From Chloroflexi bacterium HGW-Chloroflexi-8 (lineage in GTDB: Bacteria; Chloroflexota; Anaerolineae; Anaerolineales; Anaerolineaceae): a stretch of DNA of 64,000 nt. Made by a program: the position numbers and the translations under genes. The stretch covers positions 13,277-77,276 of the forward strand of contig PHBS01000001.1 of assembly GCA_002841995.1 (NCBI GenBank). Direction: 5' to 3'. The notes below the pieces were generated by a model. That model made no database searches. It was given only the letters and a program-made list of their open reading frames with translations, and was not told the DNA's origin. Shown one piece after another: positions 54,456-64,000 of this stretch (positions within the stretch are counted from its first letter, which is position 1; each line of letters opens with the position of its first letter).

Positions 54456-55436
54456 ATGCATGAAAAACAGAAAGAATTGCAGATCTTGATAAAGCCATTA
54501 ATTTCAATTGTTACTCCTTCTTATAATCAAGCAAAATACTTGGAACAAACGATCCAATCCGTTTTATCTCAGGATTATAGTTCCATTGAATATATTGTTG
54601 TCGACGGCGGATCCACTGATGGTAGTACGGATATCATCCAGAAATATTCAAACAGGCTGGCGTGGTGGGTTACTGAAATAGATCGAGGACAGGCGGATGC
54701 AGTAAACAAGGGGTTTGCGAAAGCACAGGGAAAATACTGCGGATGGGTAAATTCCGACGATCTTTATTTACCGGGCGCTGTTGCACAAGCGGTTGCTATT
54801 TTGGAAGGAAATGATGATATTGGTTTTGTTTTTGGGGACGTTAAATCAATTGACGAAAATAACAAAATTACAAATATTATGCGATATGGAAATTGGAAAT
54901 TAACTGACTTAATGAGATTCAACATCATTGGCCAACCGGGTGTATTTTTTAGAAAAGATCTATGGGAGCGTGTTGGTGGCTTAGATTTGAATTATCATTT
55001 CCTTTTAGATCATCATCTTTGGATACGAATGGCATCTGAAGCAAGAATCGTATATAGTGGGAAAATTTGGGCTGCTGCAAGGTTCCATTCTGCTGCAAAA
55101 AATATTGCAAATACATCTATGTTCGGAGTTGAGGCTATTCAATTGGCACAATGGATTTCCGAATCACCAAAATTTAGAGGTGAATGGGAAGAAAATAAAA
55201 ATAAAATCTGGGCAGGTGCATATCGAATAAAAGGTCGATATTTACTAGATGGTGGAAACGCAAAAGAATCTCTGAAAGCCTATTGGTCTGGATTATTATT
55301 AGATCCGAAGACAATTTGGCCAGAAATGCATCGTTTTATTTATGCAATCTTATGTTTAATTGGCTTGACCTCATTAAAAAAGTTGTTTTTAAAAATGCGA
55401 TTTCAAATAAAAAGACCGGATCGACAAAGAGATTAA
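54456..55436 (+). CDS. Glycosyltransferase family 2
   Basis: ISIVTPSYNQAKYLEQTIQSVLSQDY, EYIVVDGGSTDGS and WVNSDDLY are present. It is a paralogue of 56980-57777. Confidence 0.85.
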   Translation: MHEKQKELQILIKPLISIVTPSYNQAKYLEQTIQSVLSQDYSSIEYIVVDGGSTDGSTDIIQKYSNRLAWWVTEIDRGQADAVNKGFAKAQGKYCGWVNSDDLYLPGAVAQAVAILEGNDDIGFVFGDVKSIDENNKITNIMRYGNWKLTDLMRFNIIGQPGVFFRKDLWERVGGLDLNYHFLLDHHLWIRMASEARIVYSGKIWAAARFHSAAKNIANTSMFGVEAIQLAQWISESPKFRGEWEENKNKIWAGAYRIKGRYLLDGGNAKESLKAYWSGLLLDPKTIWPEMHRFIYAILCLIGLTSLKKLFLKMRFQIKRPDRQRD

Positions 55437-55438
55437 AT

Positions 55439-56983
55439 ATGGAGAAAAATCAATCTGATAAGCTTCCAATCAAAGACCAGCAATTTTTTCGTGACAAATT
55501 CACATGGTTCTACCGGATTTCGATCCTTTTTATATTTTTAGCCGGAATTGGAATTCGTTTATACGACATTAATGATGCACCATTGGATTTTCATCCAACA
55601 AGGCAATTATTCTCAGCCTTAAAAGCAAGAGGAATGTATTATCAAAATTTGCAATCCGCTCCAGATTGGCAAAGGGAGTTAGCTGTACATCAATGGAAAA
55701 TCCAGGGTTTGATCGAACCTCCGGTCATGGAACGGTTGGCTGCATTTTCCTACCAGGTAGCCGGTCAAGAAAACCTGGTGATACCTCGCGTGTATTCAAT
55801 TCTGTTTTGGACATTAGGTGGCTTGGGTCTTCTATTCTTAACGAAGGAATTAACCAATATTAATGGAAGCATCATAGCTTTAGTAATATACTTTTTTACC
55901 CCCTATACTGTTTATGCAAGCCGAGCTTTTCAACCTGACCCCTTGATGGTTTCATTGATGATTTTCGCAATATTGGGTCTGGTCAAATGGGAACGCACTC
56001 AAAAATGGAAATGGGCAATCTTTGCCGGAGTTTTTGCTGGTTTGGCAATTTTCATAAAAACTGTTGTCATTTTTCCCCTGGCTATTGCATTTGTTATTGT
56101 CCCTATCGTAAAGCTGGGATTTCGTTCTGCGATTAAAAATAAACATGTCTGGATAATTGCTGCGCTAGCTTTAATTCCTTATCTCTTGTTTTACATTTAC
56201 GGGTTGTTCATCAGTGGTGAGCTCCAATCGCAATTTAGCTTACGTTTTTTCCCGCAACTATGGATTACTCCTGAATTCTGGCTACAGTGGAACGGGAACA
56301 TTGCAAGAGTTGTTGGCCTTGAAATCTTCCTGGGTTCAATCCTGGGGACATTTATGTTTGAAAAGAAAATCGATCGGTTGATGGTAATCGGTTTATTTTT
56401 TGGATATTTTATTTATGGGATGATTTTTTCTTACCATATCTCAACCCATGATTATTACCAGCTCCCGCTTGTTCCAATTGTTGCTATGGGTATTGCATCC
56501 TTGTTTCAATGGATATTTAAATGTCTTAAAGGGGCAACCTGGTCAAAAGTTTTAATTGTGGTTACGGTCGTTTGTTACTTCATCCTCATAAAGGGCTGGG
56601 ATGTCCGAGTGGAATTAAAACGGAATAACTATAATGATGAAGTAACCGTCTGGAAAGAGTTATCTTCTCTCTTCAAACCGGAGGATTCCATTATTGGTTT
56701 AACTCCTGATTATGGTTATCGATTTGAATACTGGGGTTGGCATAAAATTGAAAACTGGATGTCATCTGCAGATTTTGCGATCAGGGAATTGGCAGGTCAA
56801 GAATTTGATATGGTATCCTGGTTTACTGAACAAGTTAATGGAAAAGATTTCTTTTTAATTACACAGTTCGAAGAATTGGACAGGCAACCTCAATTAAAGC
56901 AACTTCTGGAAGACAACTTCCCTGTTTATTTGTCTACAGGTGATTATTTAGTTTATGATCTTCGAAATCAGTTATCTAAATGA
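55439..56983 (+). CDS. ArnT/PMT_2-like GT-C family membrane glycosyltransferase
   Basis: The ATG lies 3 nt after the upstream stop. About 12 TM helices are present with a C-terminal soluble domain. The upstream part of the 55283 ORF overlaps the preceding gene. Confidence 0.55.
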   Translation: MEKNQSDKLPIKDQQFFRDKFTWFYRISILFIFLAGIGIRLYDINDAPLDFHPTRQLFSALKARGMYYQNLQSAPDWQRELAVHQWKIQGLIEPPVMERLAAFSYQVAGQENLVIPRVYSILFWTLGGLGLLFLTKELTNINGSIIALVIYFFTPYTVYASRAFQPDPLMVSLMIFAILGLVKWERTQKWKWAIFAGVFAGLAIFIKTVVIFPLAIAFVIVPIVKLGFRSAIKNKHVWIIAALALIPYLLFYIYGLFISGELQSQFSLRFFPQLWITPEFWLQWNGNIARVVGLEIFLGSILGTFMFEKKIDRLMVIGLFFGYFIYGMIFSYHISTHDYYQLPLVPIVAMGIASLFQWIFKCLKGATWSKVLIVVTVVCYFILIKGWDVRVELKRNNYNDEVTVWKELSSLFKPEDSIIGLTPDYGYRFEYWGWHKIENWMSSADFAIRELAGQEFDMVSWFTEQVNGKDFFLITQFEELDRQPQLKQLLEDNFPVYLSTGDYLVYDLRNQLSK

Positions 56984-57777
56984 AGAAATTTTCTAATCCA
57001 AAAGTCACAATCGTTACACCATCCTATAATCAGGCACAATATCTGGAAAGAACTATCTTATCCGTACTTAATCAGGATTATGATAACCTGGAATATATCG
57101 TAATCGATGGGGATTCAAGTGATGGATGCAAAGAGATTATTCAAAAATATGCAAATCAAATCAGTTATTGGGAAAGTCAAAAAGATAAAGGTCAGACAGA
57201 CGCAATAAATAAAGGCTTCTCACATGCCAGTGGAGATATCTATGCGTGGATAAACTCTGATGATACTTATGAACCAGGTGCAATTAAGCGTTCTGTAAAT
57301 TACTTATTAACACATCCAGATGTTGGGATGGTGTATGGTGATTGTAATTTTATCGATTCGGAAGATCAAATAATTGGTAAATTTAACGCAAAACAAACAG
57401 ACTATAATCGGTTAAGAAACGGATTCGTTCACATACCCCAGCAGTCTTCTTTTTGGAGAGCGCATCTGTGGAAGAAGGTTTCTCCATTGGATGACTCAAT
57501 TTATTTTGCCATGGATTATGACCTGTGGCTTCGTCTGGCTAGAATTTCGAAAATCATTTACTTTCCTGAACTTTGGGCAAATTTCCGTCTACATGGAGAT
57601 GCAAAAACAGTCGCGGAAGATGATCGTGGCTGGATTGATATGGTCAAGATACATTACCGAGACGGTGGAAAACCATTTTCACCTCTAATAGCAAAATACT
57701 ATATAAGAAAATTGGTCGCCCCGGTGATAAAAGCCAGACGTAAACGAATGATGAATTATTCCAGGATAATCAAATGA
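56980..57777 (+). CDS. Glycosyltransferase family 2
   Basis: VTIVTPSYNQAQYLERTILSVLNQDY, EYIVIDGDSSDG and WINSDDTY are present. Confidence 0.85.
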   Translation: MKKFSNPKVTIVTPSYNQAQYLERTILSVLNQDYDNLEYIVIDGDSSDGCKEIIQKYANQISYWESQKDKGQTDAINKGFSHASGDIYAWINSDDTYEPGAIKRSVNYLLTHPDVGMVYGDCNFIDSEDQIIGKFNAKQTDYNRLRNGFVHIPQQSSFWRAHLWKKVSPLDDSIYFAMDYDLWLRLARISKIIYFPELWANFRLHGDAKTVAEDDRGWIDMVKIHYRDGGKPFSPLIAKYYIRKLVAPVIKARRKRMMNYSRIIK

Positions 57778-57832
57778 ATTTACAAAAATTTTTGTAAGCA
57801 CTTTTGGTTATTATAATGAAGAAGGAGAAATA

Positions 57833-58180
57833 ATGACTGATCGAAATATAAATCCAATAAAATTTAAGTTCCTGAGTGATTTTGTTCTTCAAGTGCGACT
57901 TGTATTGCGCCTGATTAAAGATAAACGAATAAATCCATTCCTAAAAATAATTCCTTTTGCGGGTTTAGTATATTTTATCTTTCCAGATATTTTGATTGGT
58001 CCAATTGATGATGCCGCATTGATTCTGGGAGGCTCTTACTTATTCCTGGAACTCTGTCCAGCAGAGATTGTTGCCGAACACATGCAACAATTACGATTAG
58101 AAGGTTCGAAAAAGAAAGATAAAACCTCAGAAGAAGAAAATATTATTGATGCAGAATTTCATGATGTTGATCGCTCTTAA
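57833..58180 (+). CDS. DUF1232 (YkvA-like) small membrane protein
   Basis: IIPFAGLVYFIFPDILIGPIDDAALILGG resembles the DUF1232 core. A GGAGA RBS is present. Confidence 0.55.
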   Translation: MTDRNINPIKFKFLSDFVLQVRLVLRLIKDKRINPFLKIIPFAGLVYFIFPDILIGPIDDAALILGGSYLFLELCPAEIVAEHMQQLRLEGSKKKDKTSEEENIIDAEFHDVDRS

Positions 58181-58194
58181 CGATTTGGAATATT

Positions 58195-59535
58195 ATGCAA
58201 GGTAGATTTTTTATTGGAATAACCATTTTTTGTCTTGGAATTACCTTATTAGGGTGTCAATCAATTCAAAAATATGAGCAAGTCCCAACAATTCAGGTTG
58301 CTACTATTTTACCAGGAATAATTACATCTACATTGCGACCTGTGGAGACAAAAGAGAAAATTTCCACAGAGACAAAAGTACAAATTGAGACAGATCCAAC
58401 TTCACCCCCAAATTTGTTAAATGTTGAAGTATTTCCGGATCCAACAAAGTATTCATGGAATTTAATAGCTAGTGGTTTTTCGCGACCATTAGGGTTTGCA
58501 GCGATCGATGATAGTTCAAATATCTTATATATTCTTGAACAAGAAGGTGTCATTCGGGTTATCAGTGATGGTGCAATTTCATCAGAATTGTTTCTGGATT
58601 TGCGTGATCGAGTAGGAAGTCGCCAAAATGAACAGGGGCTACTTGGGATTGCCCTGGATCCAGGCTACATGGAAAATCGAATTTTTTATTTGAATTACAC
58701 AAACAAAAGTGGAAATACAACAATATCCAGATTTGTGGCGAATGAAGATTTTTTATCCGCAAATCCTGCCAGCGAACATGTAATCTTAACTCAGGATCAA
58801 CCTTATGCGAACCACAATGGTGGGAATATTGTGTTTGGACCGGATGGTTTCCTTTATATTGGATTGGGTGATGGTGGATCCGGAGGCGATCCACAGGGAA
58901 ATGCGCAAAATAAAGACACTCTTTTGGGGAAAATGTTAAGAATTGCAGTAACTGATCAAGAAGGATATGCAATCCCATCTGATAATCCTTTTGCTGGTGG
59001 TGGTGGTCGAGGAGAAATTTGGGCAATCGGGTTGCGAAATCCATGGCGTTATTCTTTTGATCGATCAACTGGTGATCTTTATAATGCAGATGTTGGACAG
59101 GGTGATTGGGAAGAAATCAATTTCCTACCGAATACCGCTGCGCCTGGAGCAAATTTCGGTTGGGATTATCGTGAAGGCAGCCACCCTTTTGAAGGTACTC
59201 CTCCTGGAACATTAGAATTTATCGATCCAATTTCTGAGTACGATCATTCTCAGGGTTGTTCAGTCACAGGTGGTTTTGTGTACCGAGGTCGAGATTTGCC
59301 AGAATGGAACGGGATTTACCTTTTTGGAGATTACTGTAGTGGAAATATTTGGGGTTTGATACAAAAATCAAATGGTGGTTGGGATTTGAAGCTCTTGTTT
59401 GAAACAAAAGAAAACATCAGCTCTTTTGGCGAAGATTTTTATGGTGAAATCTACATGATTTCTCATAGCGGTTCGATTTTTAAGCTTGAAAAGACAATGA
59501 CAACGTTAGGATATCTACCTCTTATTCGCAATTAG
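58195..59535 (+). CDS. PQQ-dependent sugar (glucose/sorbosone) dehydrogenase-family lipoprotein
   Basis: Lipobox LLGCQS is present. PYANHNGGNIVFGPDGFLYIGLGDGGSGGDPQGNAQNKDTLLGKMLRI and GLRNPWRYSFD are present. Confidence 0.85.
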   Translation: MQGRFFIGITIFCLGITLLGCQSIQKYEQVPTIQVATILPGIITSTLRPVETKEKISTETKVQIETDPTSPPNLLNVEVFPDPTKYSWNLIASGFSRPLGFAAIDDSSNILYILEQEGVIRVISDGAISSELFLDLRDRVGSRQNEQGLLGIALDPGYMENRIFYLNYTNKSGNTTISRFVANEDFLSANPASEHVILTQDQPYANHNGGNIVFGPDGFLYIGLGDGGSGGDPQGNAQNKDTLLGKMLRIAVTDQEGYAIPSDNPFAGGGGRGEIWAIGLRNPWRYSFDRSTGDLYNADVGQGDWEEINFLPNTAAPGANFGWDYREGSHPFEGTPPGTLEFIDPISEYDHSQGCSVTGGFVYRGRDLPEWNGIYLFGDYCSGNIWGLIQKSNGGWDLKLLFETKENISSFGEDFYGEIYMISHSGSIFKLEKTMTTLGYLPLIRN

Positions 59536-59609
59536 TCCTGGCATATCTATATTAACAGGATTTATTTGATAGAATTAGTAAAGTTCTGATTATCGTAAGG
59601 AGAATTTTA

Positions 59610-59837
59610 ATGGCAGAAAAAAGATGGCATTCAATTAAACAACAACATTGTGATCATGTTGGATGTGCGGTAAATTTAGAGGTTCAGGTTGTTTTGCCGT
59701 CCGATTATTTACCTGAACAACCCCCACGGATCATTGGGCATCGATGTTCTAAAGGGCTGCAATGCAGCTTATTTACCAAACCTTCCTGTGTTTGGGCAGG
59801 AACGAACCCGGGCTATGATCCATTTATGGATAATTAG
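59610..59837 (+). CDS. Small Cys/His-rich hypothetical protein
   Basis: 75 aa with an AAGGAGA RBS. Residue pattern is CDHVGC ... HRCSKGLQC ... PSC. Confidence 0.5.
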   Translation: MAEKRWHSIKQQHCDHVGCAVNLEVQVVLPSDYLPEQPPRIIGHRCSKGLQCSLFTKPSCVWAGTNPGYDPFMDN

Positions 59838-59891
59838 TGAGTATTTTATTTAAAAATTTTGATTTAAAACTCACGAATCATAGATAAATTT

Positions 59892-59946
59892 AAAAAGCCT
59901 GAGGATTTTCCAGTTCATTAAGAAAAACAACAGGCTTTATTTTTTC
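59892..59946. terminator. Candidate bidirectional terminator between convergent genes
   Basis: Outer 8-bp stem aaagcctg / caggcttt plus an inner imperfect stem, followed by ATTTTTT. The long loop lowers confidence. Confidence 0.35.
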
Positions 59947-59962
59947 CTTAATTTGGTTGGTT

Positions 59963-61147
59963 CTATTGAATTACACCTAATCTTCGCCCAACTTTTTCGA
60001 AAGATTTCAAGCAAAGGTTAAGGTCGTCCTTTGTATGTGCTGCAGATATCATGACCCGGATTCTTGCTTTACCCAAAGGTACTGTAGGAAACCCTAATGC
60101 CATCGCGAATACTCCATCTTCAAATAATAATCGGGAGAATTCTTTGGCTAATTTTGAATCACCCAGCATGATTGGAGTAATTGGAGTTTGTGAATTACCA
60201 GTATCGAATCCAAGCTTTTTCATCTCAGATTTGAAATAATCGCCATTCTCCCATAACCGATCAACCAAATCAGTTGATTCTTCTAATAGTTCGATCGCTG
60301 CGATACAAGCTGCAACGTCAGGGGGAGTGGAGGCAGATGAGAACAAAAATGGTCGACCTCTCTGTCGGAGCCAATCGATTACAATGGATTTTCCTGCAAC
60401 CATACCGCCCATGACTCCAAATGCTTTCGACATAGTTCCTACCTCTACATCGACCTTTCCATGTAGTTTGAAATGGTCAACAATCCCCCTTCCACCTTTT
60501 CCTAATACACCTTCCCCATGGGCATCATCAACCATTAGCATTACGTCGTATTTGTTCGTTATCTCAAAAATGTTATCCAAAGGGGCAATATCGCCATCCA
60601 TGCTAAAAACGCCATCTGTAATTACAAGAAGCCGACGATATTGTGCCTTGTTTTCGATAATCTGTTTTTCCAAATCTTGTACGTCGGAATGCTTATATCT
60701 AATAATTGTTGCTCCAGATAATCGACTTCCATCGATTATGGAGGCATGATTTAATTCATCTGAAAGAATCGCATCTTCTTTTCCAACTAAGCAGGGTATC
60801 GTTGCCAAATTTGCAGTGAAACCTGATTGAAAAGAGATACAGCTTTCCACGTTCTTAAATTTTGCTAATCGATCTTCTAATTCCAAATGCAAATCCATCG
60901 TACCTGCAATGCTTCTGACAGCACCAGGTCCTGCGCCATATTGATCCAGAATATTTTTAGCTGATTGAACAATTTTAGGGTGGTTTGCTAAGCCCAGATA
61001 ATTATTTGAACAAAAATTAAGTACTTTTTTGCCATCCACGATCAGCCAAGCGCCTTGTGGAGAACTGAGCGTTCTAATATTGTTATAAAGACCATCGGAT
61101 TTTAACTTTTCAATCTCAACCGGTATCCAGTCTAATCGATTTGACAT
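59963..61147 (-). CDS. kbl: Glycine C-acetyltransferase (2-amino-3-ketobutyrate CoA ligase)
   Basis: Collinear with E. coli Kbl: [50 protein letters not shown] (PLP-Lys) and [12 protein letters not shown] BioF-type enzyme cannot be fully excluded. Confidence 0.8.
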   Translation of the reverse strand: MSNRLDWIPVEIEKLKSDGLYNNIRTLSSPQGAWLIVDGKKVLNFCSNNYLGLANHPKIVQSAKNILDQYGAGPGAVRSIAGTMDLHLELEDRLAKFKNVESCISFQSGFTANLATIPCLVGKEDAILSDELNHASIIDGSRLSGATIIRYKHSDVQDLEKQIIENKAQYRRLLVITDGVFSMDGDIAPLDNIFEITNKYDVMLMVDDAHGEGVLGKGGRGIVDHFKLHGKVDVEVGTMSKAFGVMGGMVAGKSIVIDWLRQRGRPFLFSSASTPPDVAACIAAIELLEESTDLVDRLWENGDYFKSEMKKLGFDTGNSQTPITPIMLGDSKLAKEFSRLLFEDGVFAMALGFPTVPLGKARIRVMISAAHTKDDLNLCLKSFEKVGRRLGVIQ

Positions 61148-61257
61148 TGTGAACCTCTTTTATTGAATTTGTGGATAAGATTAATTATAACTCAGGCAAA
61201 AATTGAAAATGTTCGAAATATTTGTTTTGATTTTTTTAAAAAATAAATTGGAAATAA

Positions 61258-62886
61258 TTAATATATTTTCCAATCTGTTAAATATCCCAATTCCAGGATT
61301 GCAAGTCGGATTTTTTCTTCTGAACCATGATTAAGGACTACGATGGTTGGAGAGATTATCTCTTTGAAAAATTTTGAATAGTTGTTTTTTTGAAGGCCAA
61401 CGATGATTTCAGGATTATTTACTCTCAGTAAGGATTCTGTACTCAGAAAACTCTCGGTTCCATGCTTTTCCCAATTCTCAAGCATATTCGAGATTTGGGG
61501 TGGTATAGCTTGTTCGATTGATTTTTGTAAAAGGGTTAGCAGATGATTGGGCTTCAAGCCATATTGACTAACAGCAGTCAAAGAATCGATCGAAATTTGA
61601 TATTCAAACTCTTTTTGTTTCGGAATTTCCCAATCACAAAATCTGGAGATTTGGTAACGAACTGCAAGAGGAACGTTCCGGGAGATTCTTACTTTTCCAT
61701 TACTGGAGATTCTTGGTTTTTCCTCGATCCGATCGATAGATATGTTTGATTCCCTTTTCCAAAATGCTTTTCCTCGATCTGAAACTTTAAATAACTTTAA
61801 TCCTTTCGCACTATTGGAACCACCAAGATCTAAAATGCCAAACCACCGAAAAGGTCCATTCATCATAAACCTGATAAATTGTCCTTCGATTTGGTCCCAA
61901 AATTGAAAACCTCGCATGTATTCATTGGATTTTGAATTTTTGATGATCCACGTGTCAAAATTTCCGGCTGGTCGTAAAAAATCCGGATCGTTTTGATGGA
62001 TGTCAGAAATATAACTGTTTTGGTCCCACCAAACCTGATCATCTAATAAAAATAATTTTTCCAATAAACCTTTTCTAACATTTTTAGAATTTAGTTCAAT
62101 TCTTCCTTCAATCTCCAAATCTGATAAACAAAAAAGTTCATTGATTTGATCGCTATCCATCCATGTCTGAAACAAGAATATCAATGCCTCAGCCCTTGGA
62201 GTCTCTAGTAAAACACGAGTGGCATCCGAATCTACCTGCCCATCTTTAGAAATAATTTTGGCTGATATTAATAACTCAAATAAGAAGCGATATGGGATTT
62301 CTAAAAGATGAGGTGCAGTAAGAGTCTCGTTCATCCCTTTCCTCAAGGCAGCCAGGAAAGTGCAGGTGTCAACAAGAATATTGTCTTCGAAGGGTTTGAT
62401 TTTCACTTGATCCGCAGGAAACGAAAAAATGTTACTTTTCTTTTTAGAGTGAGTCTCAATATGTAAAACTTGAACGATTTCATCCGGAATATAAACATAT
62501 TCTTCGGGTTCATCTTTTATCTTGAGGAATGCTCTTCCTATTAACCCCCGATACCAAAGCATTTCGGAGACAGAAATTGGGTTCAGATCGGGTCTTTCGC
62601 GATCTCTTTTTGAAGGTCCCATTATTCGTATTTCACCAAAATCACGGCGAAATTTTGCCCAAGGAATCTGACCATTATTTTCCAATAATATATTTATTGC
62701 AGCCCTTGCATTTTCAGGGATTGATTCAACCATTTCCAACAGAAGACTCCTGTTTTCTAATGTTTCAATTAAAACGGTTCTCGCTTCTGAAACATTAGTC
62801 GACTCGAATTCAATACCCCAGAGTTCAGTCATCATTTGGAGAAAAAAAAGATCCTGCTCATTAAGCATGTTCTGAATTGTTGGCAT
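61258..62886 (-). CDS. Hypothetical protein (about 540 aa), family not recognised
   Basis: Long ORF with uniform coding character. The start was chosen at MPTIQNMLNEQ. I can name no catalytic motif. Confidence 0.6.
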   Translation of the reverse strand: MPTIQNMLNEQDLFFLQMMTELWGIEFESTNVSEARTVLIETLENRSLLLEMVESIPENARAAINILLENNGQIPWAKFRRDFGEIRIMGPSKRDRERPDLNPISVSEMLWYRGLIGRAFLKIKDEPEEYVYIPDEIVQVLHIETHSKKKSNIFSFPADQVKIKPFEDNILVDTCTFLAALRKGMNETLTAPHLLEIPYRFLFELLISAKIISKDGQVDSDATRVLLETPRAEALIFLFQTWMDSDQINELFCLSDLEIEGRIELNSKNVRKGLLEKLFLLDDQVWWDQNSYISDIHQNDPDFLRPAGNFDTWIIKNSKSNEYMRGFQFWDQIEGQFIRFMMNGPFRWFGILDLGGSNSAKGLKLFKVSDRGKAFWKRESNISIDRIEEKPRISSNGKVRISRNVPLAVRYQISRFCDWEIPKQKEFEYQISIDSLTAVSQYGLKPNHLLTLLQKSIEQAIPPQISNMLENWEKHGTESFLSTESLLRVNNPEIIVGLQKNNYSKFFKEIISPTIVVLNHGSEEKIRLAILELGYLTDWKIY

Positions 62887-63112
62887 AATAATCCTGTAAT
62901 AATTGAAACTTAGAACCCGGTAAGAAACATGCAACTTGAGAAGTGCAATTAATTAAAAATATCTGTTTAGGTATTATAAATGAATCAAAAAAAGAATTTT
63001 AAATTTCCACAAAAAATCTTAAATTGAATAATTTATAAAAAATTTATATAAAGTTTATTATGGTTAGGGAATTATTGGATTATCATGAGTGTAACTTCGG
63101 AGAGGAAAAAAA

Positions 63113-63141
63113 TTGACGAACATTTTGCTTAACTGTATAAT
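63113..63141 (+). promoter_or_regulatory. Near-consensus sigma70-type promoter (TTGACG-17 nt-TATAAT)
   Basis: Hexamers at 63113-63118 and 63136-63141, 35 nt upstream of the ATG at 63176. An AAGGA lies 7 nt before the ATG. Confidence 0.5.
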
Positions 63142-63175
63142 TCCCAAAGTCCCATCCAAATAACAAGGACTCAAT

Positions 63176-63991
63176 ATGGCTCTAAAAGGAAACCTTCGCG
63201 ATTTCACGATTACCCAATTATTAAATTTGGTCAATTTGGCATGCAAAACTGGTACCCTGGTAATTGAGGGTCCTGGTGATGTAGCGCGAATTTCATTTCG
63301 GGAAGGAAAATTGGCGTATGCGCAACTTGGAGAACAAGAGAGTACTTTAGCAGCGATTCTCAGGCGTAATAAGAAAATTAGCGCTCGTCAATATACAATT
63401 CTTCAGGAGCGCGCTCAGAAAATGACTGATAAGGAACTTGGTCTGTTGTTGATCAATGCCGGGTACCTTTCACAGACGGATATTATTGAAAGCCTTCAAC
63501 AATATTTTGTTGCGGTAGTTCGTCAGTTATTTACTTGGGTAGAAGGATTGTTTCAGTTTGATACAAATACATTGACACCGTTGGATAAAATTCCAGTTCG
63601 CATGGACCTCGAAAATCTAATTATCGAGGGTTCCAGACAGCTTCGTGAATGGGAACAACTCAGCCAGGAAATACCAAGTTTGGACATGTCATTAAAGTTT
63701 TCTGATCGTCCTGGAACGAATATTCGAAATGTAAACTTAAGCGTTGAGGAATGGAGAGTAGTCTCTTACGTAAATCCAAAAAACACAATGCGCCAAATTG
63801 CTCGCACGACCAAAATGAATGAATTAGAAATAAGGCGTGTTGTATACGCTCTTTTACAAGCAGGTTTGGTTGAAATCATCCGTCCTGGTGGTGCGTCAGT
63901 CTCCATTCAACCCAGAGCTTTCCCAACAACAGATAAGAAAGAACAAAAATCGTTAGTCTACAGGATAATTGATCGAATTCGTTCGATCTGA
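63176..63991 (+). CDS. DUF4388 (PATAN-like) domain protein
   Basis: MALKGNLRDFTITQLLNLVNLACKTGTLVIEG...ISFREGKLAYA is the canonical DUF4388 N-terminus. Confidence 0.8.
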   Translation: MALKGNLRDFTITQLLNLVNLACKTGTLVIEGPGDVARISFREGKLAYAQLGEQESTLAAILRRNKKISARQYTILQERAQKMTDKELGLLLINAGYLSQTDIIESLQQYFVAVVRQLFTWVEGLFQFDTNTLTPLDKIPVRMDLENLIIEGSRQLREWEQLSQEIPSLDMSLKFSDRPGTNIRNVNLSVEEWRVVSYVNPKNTMRQIARTTKMNELEIRRVVYALLQAGLVEIIRPGGASVSIQPRAFPTTDKKEQKSLVYRIIDRIRSI

Positions 63992-64000
63992 TCTTTTTAG

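Noticed and set aside
57778-57800. The perfect 18-nt palindrome TTACAAAAATTTTTGTAA after the GT2 gene, considered as a terminator.
   Set aside because: The stem is almost pure A/T with a single C-G pair, which is too weak to call a terminator.
59963-61147. An alternative call of 8-amino-7-oxononanoate synthase (bioF).
   Set aside because: The protein is collinear with Kbl, including the N-terminal region. No bio genes are nearby. Some ambiguity remains, so the confidence is kept below 0.9.

Overview
This 64-kb bacterial window is mostly AT-rich. I saw no rRNA, tRNA, CRISPR array, transposase or integrase. Almost all of it is a cell-surface glycan locus. From 5' to 3' it contains:

- **1-10.3 kb:** the 3' end of a phosphoglycosyl transferase gene, then a mixed block. 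This block holds two NTP_transf_5 nucleotidyltransferase paralogues, a DegT aminotransferase, a four-helix-bundle (23S-rRNA-IVS protein family) gene, a LysM protein with Thr/Pro-rich linkers, a flippase-like membrane protein, a GT2-phosphoglycosyl-transferase fusion and an HPr-kinase-like P-loop protein. The stretch 1.8-6.2 kb is markedly GC-rich.
- **10.3-15.2 kb:** housekeeping-type genes, namely an M50/CBS site-2 protease, sodA, a beta-propeller lipoprotein and a clan GH-A glycoside hydrolase.
- **15.3-27.7 kb:** a very AT-rich cassette. It has a large polytopic membrane protein, GT4, GT2 x2, two methyltransferases, a second flippase-like protein, a secreted protein with four internal repeats, a TolB-like lipoprotein and a polyprenyl-phosphate-type GT2.
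- **27.95-52.3 kb:** a 24-gene co-directional, translationally coupled super-operon. It starts with a near-consensus promoter and a MarR-type EPS regulator. It then encodes fcl, Wzm/Wzt (Wzt carries a C-terminal carbohydrate-binding extension), a PseB-type dehydratase, two NeuB-family synthases, three CTP_transf_3 cytidylyltransferases (one fused to a KdsC-type phosphatase), three KpsS/KpsC-like GT-B proteins, a CstII/Maf(DUF115)-like protein and several oxidoreductases, GTs and methyltransferases.
- **52.3-57.8 kb:** a large GT-C-like membrane protein, followed by a GT2 / ArnT-like GT-C / GT2 sandwich.
- **57.8-64 kb:** flanking genes, namely a DUF1232 protein, a PQQ sugar dehydrogenase, a small Cys/His protein, kbl, a large unknown protein and a DUF4388 protein.

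The most interesting candidates are:

- The multi-module CMP-ulosonic-acid, ABC-transporter-dependent glycan assembly line. It appears to combine up to three different activated keto-deoxy acid sugars, and it lacks several canonical pathway enzymes.
- An AT-rich four-helix-bundle gene bracketed by 24-nt inverted repeats (22/24 complementary). This is an rRNA-IVS-like cassette sitting between two GC-rich protein genes.

All functional calls rest on motif recognition by eye. No database search was possible.
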